DNA of 37,332 nucleotides from Octopus bimaculoides (GCF_001194135.2 NC_068984.1:77843770-77881101), one strand, 5' to 3'. Positions 1 through 11,977 are shown, counted from the first letter of the stretch. The notes: a model not told the origin generated them from the sequence alone. A program made the numbers and translations.

Positions 1-1
1 T

Positions 2-4
<3 letters not shown>

Positions 5-37
<33 letters not shown>
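5..37. repeat. (GA)n microsatellite
   Basis: Direct reading of a GA dinucleotide run. Confidence 0.95.
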
Positions 38-40
<3 letters not shown>

Positions 41-385
41 CATGTATCTATTCATGTGTTCTTGTATGTATTTACGTATGAATAGTGTATGTGTGAATGT
101 TTACATACGAACACACACGTGAGTTTAAGAGGTAGTCCTGATGTGAGACCGCGTTCAAACGTGCTTTTATTCGAAATCCTGATTGATGTGTGTGCTACAC
201 AATCGTGTTGCTTGTTTTTATTGGGTGTGAATGCACTTTGCGCACATTTGTGAGCTACCGCTTATGCGTACGTATGTTTATGAGTGGACAACGAAAGCTT
301 TAGCTTTTGATGTAAACAAAAGATGACCTTTTCCCTCGCCAACTGAATTCCCAATCAGCGGAAGTTAATCGGAAATTACTATCAA

Positions 386-386
<1 letters not shown>

Positions 387-441
<55 letters not shown>
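387..441. repeat. (ATT)n microsatellite
   Basis: Direct reading. Confidence 0.95.
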
Positions 442-538
442 GGAACTACTAGTACTACTACTCTGTTGTTACAATTGTGCGACTGATACTACTGTTGCTG
501 CTATTACTGCTACCGCTCTTACTACAACTACCACAAAT

Positions 539-736
539 AATGATTTGTTCTAATTTTGGCACAAGACCAACACTCTTTTTGAGGGGAGGAGTTTCGTCGA
601 TTACATCGATTCTAGTGCTCAGCTGGTATTTTGTTTTATCAGCCTGAAAGGATACCAGGCAAAGTCGCCCTCGGCAACACTTGAACTCATGCCACTAAAG
701 ATTTGGTTCTAAAAAATTCTGCCAGTTCGTCACTCT
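539..736 (-). mobile_element. tRNA-derived SINE, family A (head ggcggcgagctggcagaatcgttag), degenerate
   Basis: Matches the other family-A copies in the window (2531, 12290, 36914) in reverse orientation: ttggcacaag...gtcgattacatcga...ggcaaagtcgccctcggc...ttctgccagttcg. Confidence 0.75.
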
Positions 737-755
737 AACAACAACAACAACAACA

Positions 756-1098
756 GTAATGTTTACTTTTATTTTATTCTTTTTATAATTAAACAAGAGG
801 CCAATGGGGACGATATCAAAAGACGAAATACAACACACAAAAGGTGGTTTTACATCGATCAAAAGAGAACCGACTAGAATACGAACATAACAAAACATAT
901 AGAAACAGAACTGAAAATATATATATAATAAATAAAATCCCCAATAGCGGGGCAATTTAGCTTGGGTAATTGGGGAAAAGTACCCATATAAATGGCTCGG
1001 ATTACTCTGCCGTCTTCGAGGTATCGAAACTGGCTTCTTCCAGTTTCTTTCCCCCTACTTGGACAAGCATACACAGAGTAGGCCCATTCAGACTCGCG
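756..1098 (-). mobile_element. 3' end/UTR of a Tx1-like (L1 clade) LINE, diverged relative of the 12581-14036 copy
   Basis: Shares aaaatccccaatag, gtaccc and cttcgagg in the same order with 12706-12790. Ends in a (TTG)n tail (aac run 737-754 on +). Confidence 0.5.
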
Positions 1099-1169
1099 AG
1101 AAAGTAAAGAGCCGGAAGGAATGCCGCTAAGTGGTTTGTCTGATGTGCTAATGATCTCCAGCTCCCACC

Positions 1170-1171
<2 letters not shown>
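1099..1171 (-). mobile_element. SINE family A head fragment
   Basis: aatgccgctaagtgg...gtgctaatgatctccagctcccacctt resembles the reverse of the family-A head; followed by (TAA)n. Confidence 0.65.

Positions 1172-1240
<69 letters not shown>
1171..1240. repeat. (TAA)n microsatellite
   Basis: Direct reading; source of the poly-N ORF 1121-1327. Confidence 0.95.
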
Positions 1241-1242
<2 letters not shown>

Positions 1243-1374
1243 AATGTGTAGGAATTTACTAATTCCAGCATCAATATGGACAGCATCCCGAGGCCACAGA
1301 GGGAGTGATGAGAGCAGATGGATTTAACAGCCAGCGGAGCCTGACCCTTCCATAATAAGTAGGCATTCCAGTTT

Positions 1375-2405
1375 GATTAGATGCTAAAATGTGGGCTGAT
1401 TGCTAGAAATAATATAATGGTTATGAATGTGTTAACCATACCTGTAAGAAACTACACCTAAATGAATTGAAATTATTTGATACAAAGTCAGGTAACTACA
1501 AATAACATACCAAAGCCACCATCCCAAAACAGCTATAGACAGAATATACCTACACCTCACACAAGGAGAGCGTGGCTTGACACAAGCATAAAACTTTTAT
1601 AAAATAATAATAATTGAATAGGATAAATACCTAGAAACAACAGTAGACTCATAAATGTAATAAAGAAACATGAAAAAGAAGCATAAAACTCCTCTATAAA
1701 CGAGGAAGTGATAAAATGTAAAACCGACACAGAATACCCTGAAACAATAAATTTAGATAACAAAACAAAATCACAAATCATACTAATGAAGAAATGGAAA
1801 GGAAAGCTACAACAACCAAATAATCTGCAAAGCTCGATAGAGGAGAAGTAAGCCAAAATGAACGTTAACAATGGTTCAAAAGGTACGGTCTAAAAGCAGA
1901 AATGGAAGGACTAATTCTCGCTGCGCTAGACCATTGTTTGGTCATAAACAGATTTAAAAACAAAATCATGAAAATAGATCTTAGCATAAGATGTACAATG
2001 AAATTGAAGACCACATCATCTCCGATGGTCTTGTTCTTGACAAATCTGAACATATGCAAGCATGATCGAGTTGGCATGTATATCCACTGGACGATATGCA
2101 ATATTTCGATGTGGAAGCGAACAAGAAGTTATCACAGTAATCCGAGACACACTTGTTCAAAGTAACAAAGAGAATCGTTCTGACATAAATGCGAACCATC
2201 CAGACATGCACGCTTAAACATTGCAATCCCTTCTGATGTAAATAATGTTCGAAAAGAAGTGGAGAAGCTATCAAAATGCAAGGACATTGAGATTGAAATA
2301 TTCAAGATGTGGGGCATGAGGATGAAAACAATGCCAATAAGAATTGGAGCATTAATGATTAAAAAATATGAAAAGAGACATAGAAATCTTTTAGAAATCG
2401 ACAAA
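1375..2405 (+). mobile_element. Decayed R4/Dong-clade non-LTR retrotransposon (post-RT region, zinc finger, restriction-like endonuclease)
   Basis: Broken-frame motifs AIDRIYL..GERGL, GLKAEMEGLILAALDHCL, HDRVGMYIHW (ORF 1902-2165), and IAIPSDVNNVRKEVEKLSKCKDIEIEIFKMWGM..KTMPIRIGAL are typical of R4/Dong RLE proteins. Many stops and frameshifts. Confidence 0.8.
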
Positions 2406-2421
2406 CTAAAGTATCAATCAA

Positions 2422-2520
2422 TTTGATAAAATAAAGTACCAGTCAAATACCGGGACCGACCGATGTATTCAACTAATCCCCTTCGAAAACTTTGCTGACC
2501 GTGTGTCAAAATTTGAATCT
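2422..2520 (+). mobile_element. SINE family A 3' half
   Basis: gataaaataaagtaccagtcaaatac...caaaatttgaatc matches the family-A 3' part. Confidence 0.6.
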
Positions 2521-2530
2521 ATCTTTATGT

Positions 2531-2752
2531 AAGGTAGCGAGCTGGCAAAATCGTTAGTGCCTCACAGAAAGTGCTAAGTGGCATTCCTCCTGACTCTTGA
2601 AGTTCTGAGTTCAAATGCTGCTGAGGTCGACTTTGCCTTTCATCTTCCCGGAGTTGGTAAAATAAGTATCAATGAAGTCCTAAGATAGATGTAATCGAGC
2701 AGCCTCACCCCACCTAAAACTATGGCCTACTGCCAAAATTTGAAATCATTAT
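2531..2752 (+). mobile_element. SINE family A, near full length
   Basis: tRNA-like head aaggtagcgagctggcaaaatcgttag, B-box-like gagttcaaat, body gaggtcgactttgcctttcatc, end gccaaaatttgaaatcattatt. Confidence 0.8.
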
Positions 2753-3146
2753 TGTAAATTATCTCACTTAGTTTTTTTTATTTCATTTTTATTACTTTTT
2801 GTGGTTTCTATATTGATTTTATTTATTCATATTTCATTGAAAATCATTAATCTTGATTAAGTAGCCATTTTACTAATTACTTTATTCCATTATCTTTCAT
2901 TTATTCTTGTGTTCCTTCATTCCCATCTCGTTTTTGTCAAACTCTTATTCGTCGATTAAATTGCTTAATTTAATTTTTTGTGTGTTTTTCTTTTATCTTA
3001 TTTCTCCTTTTATTATCATTTTATTGTATTTTTCATTCTGGTTTTATTACTTCCCATACCTTTTATTATTCATTGGACATTTCTCTTTCCTTCTATAGAT
3101 ATCTTCTTTCATTGTCATTTACCGTTTTGCTTGCTTCCCTCCCCCC

Positions 3147-3147
3147 A

Positions 3148-3180
<33 letters not shown>

Positions 3181-3379
3181 CTCTCTCTCTCTCTCTCCCT
3201 CTCTCCCTCTCTCTCTCTTTCTATCTTTCTCTCTCTGTTTTAATTTCTCTGTCTACATTTCTCTATTTCTTTATCAATTTCCTTCCCTTTTGTCTCTGTA
3301 TCTCTCGATGCATAGGGGTTTGATGAAATACACTAGAGAAAGCTCAATACATAAGAATATATAAGAATGTGTGTGTGTG

Positions 3380-3473
<94 letters not shown>
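3147..3473. repeat. (CT)n (3147-3235) and (GT)n/(AT)n (3367-3473) microsatellites
   Basis: Direct reading. Confidence 0.9.
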
Positions 3474-3476
<3 letters not shown>

Positions 3477-3740
3477 CTACAGACAGCTGGTAAAACACAT
3501 AACACAAGATACAAACAAGGTCATTATGCTCTTTCGTAATTGTTGACTGAGGCTCAAAGTAATTTCGGCGTATATTAATTAACAACACTGCACAATTGCT
3601 TCAGCGTACTTGAGATTTGATATCAAGACAAAGCAACAGCAAATATACTGCATTAAACGAAAAATTAGCAAGAAACCAGAGACGATTGAGCAATGAGTAA
3701 ATGAGTGTATGGTTAGACGTTGAACAGAGGCAGTCTAAAG

Positions 3741-3887
3741 CCGTGGTTGTCAACTGGTGTCCATATGGCTCTTAAGGGGTCCACATAAGATTTTGTTGTT
3801 AAAATTTATGAGCAATAAATTGGTTCTACTAATAAAATACACAAAATATTTTAACATTTTTTATATAATTCCTAATAATATTGAATT
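3741..3887 (+). mobile_element. Left end of a hAT-type MITE related to 5636-5967
   Basis: TIR-like ccgtggttgtcaac preceded by the 8-mer gtctaaag (central TA). No right TIR found; a SINE follows. Confidence 0.4.
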
Positions 3888-3898
3888 ATTATAAAAAT

Positions 3899-4283
3899 GG
3901 AGGCTCAAGGGCCCAGTGGTTAGGGCAGCGGACTCGCGGTCATAGGATCACGGTTTCGATTCCCAGACTGGGCGTTGTGAGTGTTTATTGAGCGAAAACA
4001 CCTAAAGCTCCACGAGGCTCCGACAGAGGATGGTGGCGAACCCTGCTGTACTCTTTCACCACAACTTTCTCTCGCTCTTTCTTCCTGTTTCTGCTGTACC
4101 TGTAATTCAAAGGGCCAGTCTTGTCACACTGTGTCACACTGAATATCCCCGAGAACTACGTTAAGGGTACACGTGTTTGTGGAGTGCTCAGCCACTTTCA
4201 CGTTAATTTCACGAGCAGGCTGTTCCGCTGATCGGATCGACTGGAACCCTCGACGCCGTAAGCGACGGAGTGCCAACAACAAC
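3899..4283 (+). mobile_element. Full-length tRNA-derived SINE, family C, with 11-bp target-site duplication
   Basis: Head ggaggctcaagggcccagtggttagggcagcggactcgcgg with B-box-like gtttcgattccc and a (CAA)n tail. Flanked by attataaaaat at 3888-3898 and 4284-4294. Second copy at 24810. Confidence 0.9.
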
Positions 4284-4615
4284 ATTATAAAAATACAGTC
4301 GGATTTTTCTCATATACATTCCTGTTTTGCTCTGTGGAGGTCCAGCAGAGCAAAACAGGAATGAAAGGGATTCATAGGCAAAAAAAAACCGTTTAAGAAC
4401 CATTGGTCAGGAGAATGAGGTGACTTATAGCAGGTCGGAAATCAAAAGGAACGAAGCGGGGTGGGCAGTGGGATTAGACTCATGGGAAGATGTAAAGGTA
4501 TTGTGGGAAGAATGCATATGTACATACATCTACATGCGCGCACGCACGCACACACACATACACATACACATGCACACACACATACATACACACACATATA
4601 CGTATACCACACACA

Positions 4616-4742
4616 TATGAAGAGCGTAGGTTCAAAACATAAAAGACTTTCTCACTTTCCCGAGTGTCAAACTAATACACCTGCTTGTTGTGCATATACC
4701 TGCCTTCGTCTATTGTTTTTCTGTAAATTTCAACTATATATA
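4616..4742 (+). mobile_element. Possible Penelope-type pseudo-LTR remnant
   Basis: atgaagagcgtaggttcaaaac...tttcccgagtgtcaaactaatacacc...ctgccttcgtctattgtttt...aactatata, between microsatellites. Resemblance to PLE terminal sequence is from recall only. Confidence 0.3.
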
Positions 4743-5635
4743 GAGTCGTACCTTACCTGAAGACCCTGCACACGCACTAGCAAAATTCTGAGTAGCAAGA
4801 GACTGACGGGCATAATAAAAATATAATTAATCTTTTCTGTTGTAATCTTTCTTCTGACAGTTAGCACTAAACGTATAAGCATTTATATGTGCGCGCTCAC
4901 GTATGTGTTTATCGGGTGAGAAGCTACAACGACTCAATGGCCGAGAGCATGTTGGAATTAGTTACAATTCTTCACTTTTGAGGGTTGTTATTGCACTTTC
5001 TTTGTTTTTTTTCTTGAGTTGGGAATCTCACCTCAACTGTGCCAAAAGCTTTTATATCTCAGACTGGCTTAAGAATTTTTCAATCTGGACCTGTATCGCT
5101 CGCTCTAATCTCCTGTTTTTTTTTGTGTGTGTGTATGTGTGTGTGTGTGTGGTGGGGAATATATTTGCATATAATAGGGTTCTTTTTAACAAAATTAAAA
5201 TTGTAATTCAACCTTGCAGGAAATTCTCGGCTCTTGTTTTACATATTTAACTTTACACCCGATGTGTATATGTATNNNNNNNNNNNNNNNNNNNNNNNNN
5301 NNNNNNNNNNNNNNNNNNNNNNNNNNNNNNNNNNNNNNNNNNNNNNNNNNNNNNNNNNNNNNNNNNNNNNNNNNNNNNNNNNNNNNNNNNNNNNNNNNNN
5401 NNNNNNNNNNNNNNNNNNNNNNNNNNNNNNNNNNNNNNNNNNNNNNNNNNNNNNNNNNNNNNNNNNNNNNNNNNNNNNNNNNNNNNNNNNNNNNNNNNNN
5501 NNNNNNNNNNNNNNNNNNNNNNNNNNNNNNNNNNNNNNNNNNNNNNNNNNNTATATATATATATATATATATGTGTGTGTTTCTTGACTGATATCAAACA
5601 TTCGACCGAAGCCAAGACCAGAGCACCATCTAGTT

Positions 5636-5967
5636 CAGCGGTTCTCAACTAAGGTACATATAAAACTTTTGAGGGGCTACGTATCAAAATAGTAAATTGA
5701 AGATTCACAATAGTATTTTAAAAGCCCAGAAAAAGTTTTCCTTTTTATGTATGTAGTGGTATGTATTGCCAGAAACAGCTAGGTTTCTTTCTCTAACATC
5801 TTACTGAGTTCGACCTATACAAGTTAATGTGTGAAAAGCAAAATAGGACGTTTGAAAGAAGTTTCTATAAAATTAGTTTTAACCGTCGAATGGTTGTGGG
5901 AGCCCACCTGAATAAAATAGTAATCAAAGAGGTTCATAGATAGAAAAAAAATGGTTGAGAACCCTTG
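5636..5967. mobile_element. hAT (Charlie/Buster-type) MITE
   Basis: TIRs cagcggttctcaac / gttgagaacccttg (12/14 match). Flanking 8-mers atctagtt and gtctagtc (6/8 identical, central TA) fit the 8-bp nTCTAGnn target of Buster/Charlie hATs. Confidence 0.8.
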
Positions 5968-6339
5968 GTCTAGTCAATTTAACTGCATGTAGTATTTGTA
6001 AACTAGTGCAGATTCTGATGAACCATCAACGAAGATAAAATGCTGAATTAACCAGTGCGAAATGTAAACTTAAAAAATAAGGGCAGTAACTAAATGCAAG
6101 CAGAAAGTCTCTTTTCATCAACCACTCGACCGATTCTACCAGTATATCTCTTGCAGGTGTGTGTCTATAGATATATGTACCCAAGTATGTATACTTACAA
6201 AGATGTATGTATGTATGTATGCAAATATCAACATAGATTAATAGATATGAAATTATGAGTTTCTGCATAATTTCTCTTTTTTTTTACGTTGTGTATGTGA
6301 TGAATACTAACGTATGTGTCTTTTAGTATATATGTGCGT

Positions 6340-6837
6340 GATAGGGTACGTGTGTATGTGTATCTGTGAGTGTATGTGCGTACCTGGGTATGAATGTGTG
6401 TGTATGTGTGCGCGTGGTGTTTGTGTGTATGTGTGTGAGTGTGAAAGAGAGATAGAGAGGGGGAAGAGAGAGAGAATGTGTATGCATATGTGTCTGTACG
6501 TTCACCTCTGAATATAAATCGATTTCAGAATTAAAGAGCAAAGTTGAAATCTTTGATGTAACGTATTTATTTTTATAACATAAACACAAACACACACCTA
6601 TATGCGTGTGATTGTGTAATAGTACGCATGTGTGCGTGTGTGTTTGTATGTGTGTGTGTGTGTGTATGTGTGTGTGTGTGCGTGTGTGTGTGCACGTGTG
6701 TGTGTGTGCGCACGCACGCGCGCGTGTATGTGTTTGTCTTTGTGCGATTGTATGTATATGGAAATACATGTATGTTTGTACGTGTAATTGTGTATGCATA
6801 TATGCATAAATGTGTTATATATATATATATATATGTG

Positions 6838-6896
<59 letters not shown>

Positions 6897-6897
6897 C

Positions 6898-6928
<31 letters not shown>

Positions 6929-6976
6929 ATATGTATATATATACATACATATATACATACATATAAAGACTAATGC

Positions 6977-7026
<50 letters not shown>

Positions 7027-7520
7027 TCGTTCACATGCATTATACTGACGTAATGAATGAAAGTTATAAAACAGAATAGAAACAAGCAGGGAGCATTAAA
7101 ATAAGATTATAAACATAAACAATCACACACATGACTTTATAGGTAAACACACGCATACATATACTCACACGAATATGTTATATACGTGTATATATATATA
7201 TACATACATAAATACATTGATTCATATAATCACATATGCATAGACGACAGTTCTGTTCTCATCAATGCGTATAACGTGACATTAGATTCTTGCATGCATA
7301 CATCATTATGCATACACACTGAGACACACACGTGTACACTTCCCCCCATATGCACAAGCCTACATGCGCATACATCTGTTCACGAACACATACAGACATA
7401 CATGCATACACACACACACACACATTCACATGTATGCACACTAATACATATTCGACAAGAGATATAGTAAATTATAGAAACTATATTGAAATATCTAGAC
7501 ATGCAAATACACAAATATAT
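6340..7520. repeat. Compound (GT)n/(AT)n/(CA)n microsatellite field
   Basis: Direct reading; explains the CV/HT/YI-rich ORFs. Confidence 0.9.
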
Positions 7521-7589
7521 AAGCACTTAAATATCTAAATATGGACATCAAAAGCGTATACTCAAGACCGGCTACTTATATCATTTCAA

Positions 7590-7590
<1 letters not shown>

Positions 7591-7666
<76 letters not shown>
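7591..7666. repeat. (ATT)n microsatellite
   Basis: Direct reading. Confidence 0.95.
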
Positions 7667-7667
<1 letters not shown>

Positions 7668-9149
7668 CATCATCAATGTTGATATTATCTATTTCACATT
7701 TTCTGCTCAGTTTTCAAAGATACTGTCATTATTTAAACATNNNNNNNNNNNNNNNNNNNNNNNNNNNNNNNNNNNNNNNNNNNNNNNNNNNNNNNNNNNN
7801 NNNNNNNNNNNNNNNNNNNNNNNNNNNNNNNNNNNNNNNNNNNNNNNNNNNNNNNNNNNNNNNNNNNNNNNNNNNNNNNNNNNNNNNNNNNNNNNNNNNN
7901 NNNNNNNNNNNNNNNNNNNNNNNNNNNNNNNNNNNNNNNNNNNNNNNNNNNNNNNNNNNNNNNNNNNNNNNNNNNNNNNNNNNNNNNNNNNNNNNNNNNN
8001 NNNNNNNNNNNNNNNNNNNNNNNNNNNNNNNNNNNNNNNNNNNNNNNNNNNNNNNNNNNNNNNNNNNNNNNNNNNNNNNNNNNNNNNNNNNNNNNNNNNN
8101 NNNNNNNNNNNNNNNNNNNNNNNNNNNNNNNNNNNNNNNNNNNNNNNNNNNNNNNNNNNNNNNNNNNNNNNNNNNNNNNNNNNNNNNNNNNNNNNNNNNN
8201 NNNNNNNNNNNNNNNNNNNNNNNNNNNNNNNNNNNNNNNNNNNNNNNNNNNNNNNNNNNNNNNNNNNNNNNNNNNNNNNNNNNNNNNNNNNNNNNNNNNN
8301 NNNNNNNNNNNNNNNNNNNNNNNNNNNNNNNNNNNNNNNNNNNNNNNNNNNNNNNNNNNNNNNNNNNNNNNNNNNNNNNNNNNNNNNNNNNNNNNNNNNN
8401 NNNNNNNNNNNNNNNNNNNNNNNNNNNNNNNNNNNNNNNNNNNNNNNNNNTATATATATATATATATATATATATATTAGTGTGTTTATGTGCATGTAAA
8501 TTGTTCAGTGAAACTTCAATGGAGAGTAAAGTATCTAACTTTTCGGAAAGAGTTCTTTTTCATCATGAAGATGACATCAAGGAAATCAAAACAGTAGTTT
8601 CACGTCCACTATGTTTGAAAACCCGGGTGCAACTAATGAAGAAAATCAGATAGCGTGAGCTACAATCATAGGCAAGAAGTAGTAAATAATGAACTCTGTG
8701 AAAGAAGGGTGAAGAAAGTGTTATGGGAGAATTCTGAACACCACGTGAATTGTGGACTAACCGATTACAATAAATAAGAACTGAGTGAACTGTCAGGGCG
8801 TAGTTGACGGTGTGAGTTCGACCGTGTTAGTTCGACTTGTGTTGACTTAACAGTCGGTTGTTAAACAGTGAATACTGAGTATCGTATCTACGTTCGTGTA
8901 TTACGGAGTACCTGCTGTGTTAACATATATTTCTGCAATAGGTTACTTTTAGATAATCATAACCGAATATTTATTTGTGTAGCACCATTTTAGATCAGAC
9001 GTGTATACCCACGTCATAACAGAAAGATTTATCAAAAGGAGAAGAGAAGCAGGTGAGGGTTAGATGGAGGGAACATTAAAATGAAAGAGGAGCTCAAAGA
9101 TAAGAATGAGATTACTGAACCCAGTGGTGTAGGAGTAGAAAGAAACACG

Positions 9150-10360
9150 TTTATGTAAACCTGTCATGGCGTGGCCCCGAGTTTAAATTGGAAATGTTTT
9201 TTTTTTCCGTTTCCTGCAATGTACAGATGCATAGGGTGGTACGATGCTGCAAACTGATAAATGGGCAACGGAATGGCTTGTTCTGCCGAAGTGGGTGCCG
9301 ACAGTTTGGCCTGGCATTCGTAGCAGTGTGCTTCTAAAATGCTCCCGAAAGTGATCGTCAAAGCGACGATCTGCCTCTCCTAATATCAAGTGCGCTAAAG
9401 AATTTTCAGACGAAGCAATATGAGGTTGGAAAAATTTGGGGTAATATGGTACTGTAATAGTTGCCACGTTATAAACGTAGGTGAACGCTCTTAAAAGTAC
9501 CTCGTTCTGTATGACTGTGTGCCTTGAAGTTTTTAACTTGAAGGTTGTCGAGATTGTTCACTTTTCTAAAGTCCAGGAAACGTCGAAACGGTTGTAAGAT
9601 CAGAGAGTAATAGTCGTAATTTGTGGATGAGTAAGAATTTCAATGAATGGATGGATGGACGGTAAGAGAGTGTGGAACCTGGTCTGTCTGTGTACATCCG
9701 GTATGTCGGAGAATGGTGGCGTGGTCGATGGCTTAAGTCCAGGGGAGTACAAGATCCACAACCGATCAAGGGCAGCCTCGTTTCAGGAAATGTCGCATTC
9801 TCTCACCCTAGGATTCGAAATCCTAATCAAAGCTGCAGAGTTGGCGAGAAGGAATTGAAAGAATGGTATAGCAGATTGGGTGTGCTTGTAGCGGAGAAAG
9901 AGTTGGAGTCAGTAGGTTTGTAGAGGGCCAACGTGGACAGGTTGATATTGTTGATAGTGATAGAGATGTCAACAAATCTAACAGAGGTGTCGGGTACGGT
10001 TGAGGTAAATTCCAAGGCAGGATGAAAAGAGATAACGAAAGAAATTAACTTACCGAGCTGTAATCTGATGAGGTTGATATCACCAATATGAGATTATCTG
10101 ATGAGGTTGATAATCACCAATATAATGACGGTACAGCTCTGGGGTGGTTCCCACGAATTAGACAAAGATTTGCTCTTCAATATGGTCTACAAAGAGATTT
10201 GATTTATTGGGACCCATACTGGATCCCATGGCAATCCAATGACTTGTTTGTAAGTTTTCCCCGGAGAAAGAAAAAAACAATTCGGGTTTAAGATATAACT
10301 AGCTAAGCGATACGACGTGGAAGTACAGTGTACAGATAGGGGCCAACGGTATGATAAAGT
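9150..10360 (-). mobile_element. Decayed Penelope-like element (RT + GIY-YIG endonuclease)
   Basis: PLE RT motifs GKTYKQVIG.AMGSSMGP (frameshifted, ORF 10187-10378) and EFTSTVPDTSVRFVDISIT...YKPTDS (ORF 9827-10015). GIY-YIG C-part LGEADRRFDDHFREH...VGTHF...HS..LSVC (ORF 9183-9467), ending in F.LG..P. Confidence 0.85.
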
Positions 10361-11055
10361 CACTTTTAATTTATTCAATGAAGTTTCAAATTTTCGTTGC
10401 AGAAATGCGATCTGGTCACTAATATAGTTCTATTGTTTAAAAAAAAATAAATAACAAAAACTCTAGGCATCATTCTCTGTGATGTCAGTGCTGAAGTTTC
10501 TCTGATTGCTTTATCCTGCCTTCATCAATACATCGAAGAGAAATATTTGTCTGAAAAGTAATTGCAATTTGCACTCTCTCCGAAGACCATTGGCAATCAA
10601 CTATTTAGAGAAAATTTACAAGAGCATTAGATCAAGAACAATTTCTAATTCTGGCAGTGATGCTGATTATTCAAAACAGAATCCTGTTTTCAGTCCCGTC
10701 GTCCCTTGAGTATCTTAACCAGGGTTCCCACTGGTTTATTGATGGAAAGATCAGCAAGTGTTCAGATTCGCTCTACCGATTATATACCACTCATAGCAGT
10801 ATCTATGGAGAACTGAAGCACTAAATCTAAGTGTTTATGCCTCGAAAAAACAGAACAGTATAGCATTGTCTAGGAAACGTGTGTTGAGAATTTCGCTAAT
10901 TGTAATCTGGATTGTAACAACTGATATCAGCAGTTATTTCAAGTTGGCTGTACGTAACACTTTGGTTCGTGTATCTGGCGCTAAAATTAGTGTCCGCTCT
11001 CATGTTTTTCGTCTCTCTCAATTAGTATGGAAGAAACTTCAGATTATTAGACATA

Positions 11056-11416
11056 CGCGCAGGAGTGGCTGTCTGGTAAGAAGCTTGCTTCCAACCACAT
11101 GGCTTTGGGTCCAGTCCAACTGCGTAGTACCTTGGGTAAGTCTCTTCTACTATAGCCCCGGGCCGACCAATGCCTTGTGAGTGGATTTGGTAGACGGAAC
11201 CTGAAAGAAGCCCGTCATATATATGTATGTATATGTGTGTGTTGTCTTTGTGTCTGTATTTGTCCCCCGATAACCGCTTGACAACCGGTGTTGGTGTATT
11301 TACGTTTCCGTAACTAAATGGCAAAAGAAACCGATAGAATAAGTACTAGGGTTTTAAAATAAGTCTTGGAGTCGATTTGCTCGATTAAAACCCTTCAAGA
11401 CAGTACTCCAGCATGG
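11056..11416 (+). mobile_element. tRNA-derived CORE-like SINE, family B
   Basis: Head gcaggagtggctgtctggtaagaagcttgcttccaaccac, CORE-like accttgggtaagtctcttctactatagccccgggccgacc, internal (TA/TG) run. Homologous to 15911 and 25462. Confidence 0.85.
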
Positions 11417-11941
11417 AAAATGTGACTCGATACAGTAGTGATAAATACTATTCTTTATATTTCTATACGGTGAAGATATTTAAAATGTTACATCCACAGA
11501 GAGAATCCGAGCTTTTGTATTAGATACGAAAATAGAAATGTTTTAGATTGTCTTCGAGGTATTGTGTGTAATCTTAAATATAAATGAACTTTTCATCTTT
11601 ACAAACATTTATTTTTCTCACAATTACATTTATTTCCTTATATAAAAGAAAAACAGGTAGCATAAATATAAATTGAAATGTTTTTCCTTTAAAAATGATT
11701 TGTTCTTATCATTTTCGAATTAATTAAAATTAAAATTACACAGTTCCAAGTAAAATAAGTTGCTTAAGAATATTGACTGTGATTAAGCTTATGCATACTT
11801 CCATCCTCAGAAAACAAGAACAGATAAATTGAGAATATATAATTCGGTTACAAAGTAATTTGTTCTTATCATTTTACAATTATAATAAGTTGTTAAAAAA
11901 ACTTAATCGACATTAAATTTCGATGTATAGGTTTGCTCAAA

Positions 11942-11977
11942 ACAATAATAATTGTAATAATAATAATAATAATAATG

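Noticed and set aside
3899-3975. tRNA-like heads (also 11056, 25462, 36333)
   Set aside because: They continue into SINE bodies and lack full cloverleafs, so they are not tRNA genes.
4616-4650. Hammerhead-like ATGAAGAG-CGTAGG-TTCAAAAC
   Set aside because: The CTG of the core is missing, GAAA reads AAAA, and no cleavage triplet or helix I is found. At most a dead remnant.
4757-4820. CTGAAGA followed by structured-looking sequence
   Set aside because: No GAAA closing a helix II downstream.
6314-7538. Clusters of CV/HT/YI-repeat ORFs (also 23-24 kb, 26.4-26.9 kb, 31-33.6 kb)
   Set aside because: Translations of dinucleotide and tetranucleotide microsatellites.
8719-8925. Possible solo LTR (TGTTA...TAACA with AATAAA)
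   Set aside because: Flanks (aaag / tata) give no target-site duplication and there is no second copy in the window.
10066-10130. Repeated CTGATGAGG motifs
   Set aside because: A short tandem duplication in the antisense of the PLE RT region, with no GAAA or helices.
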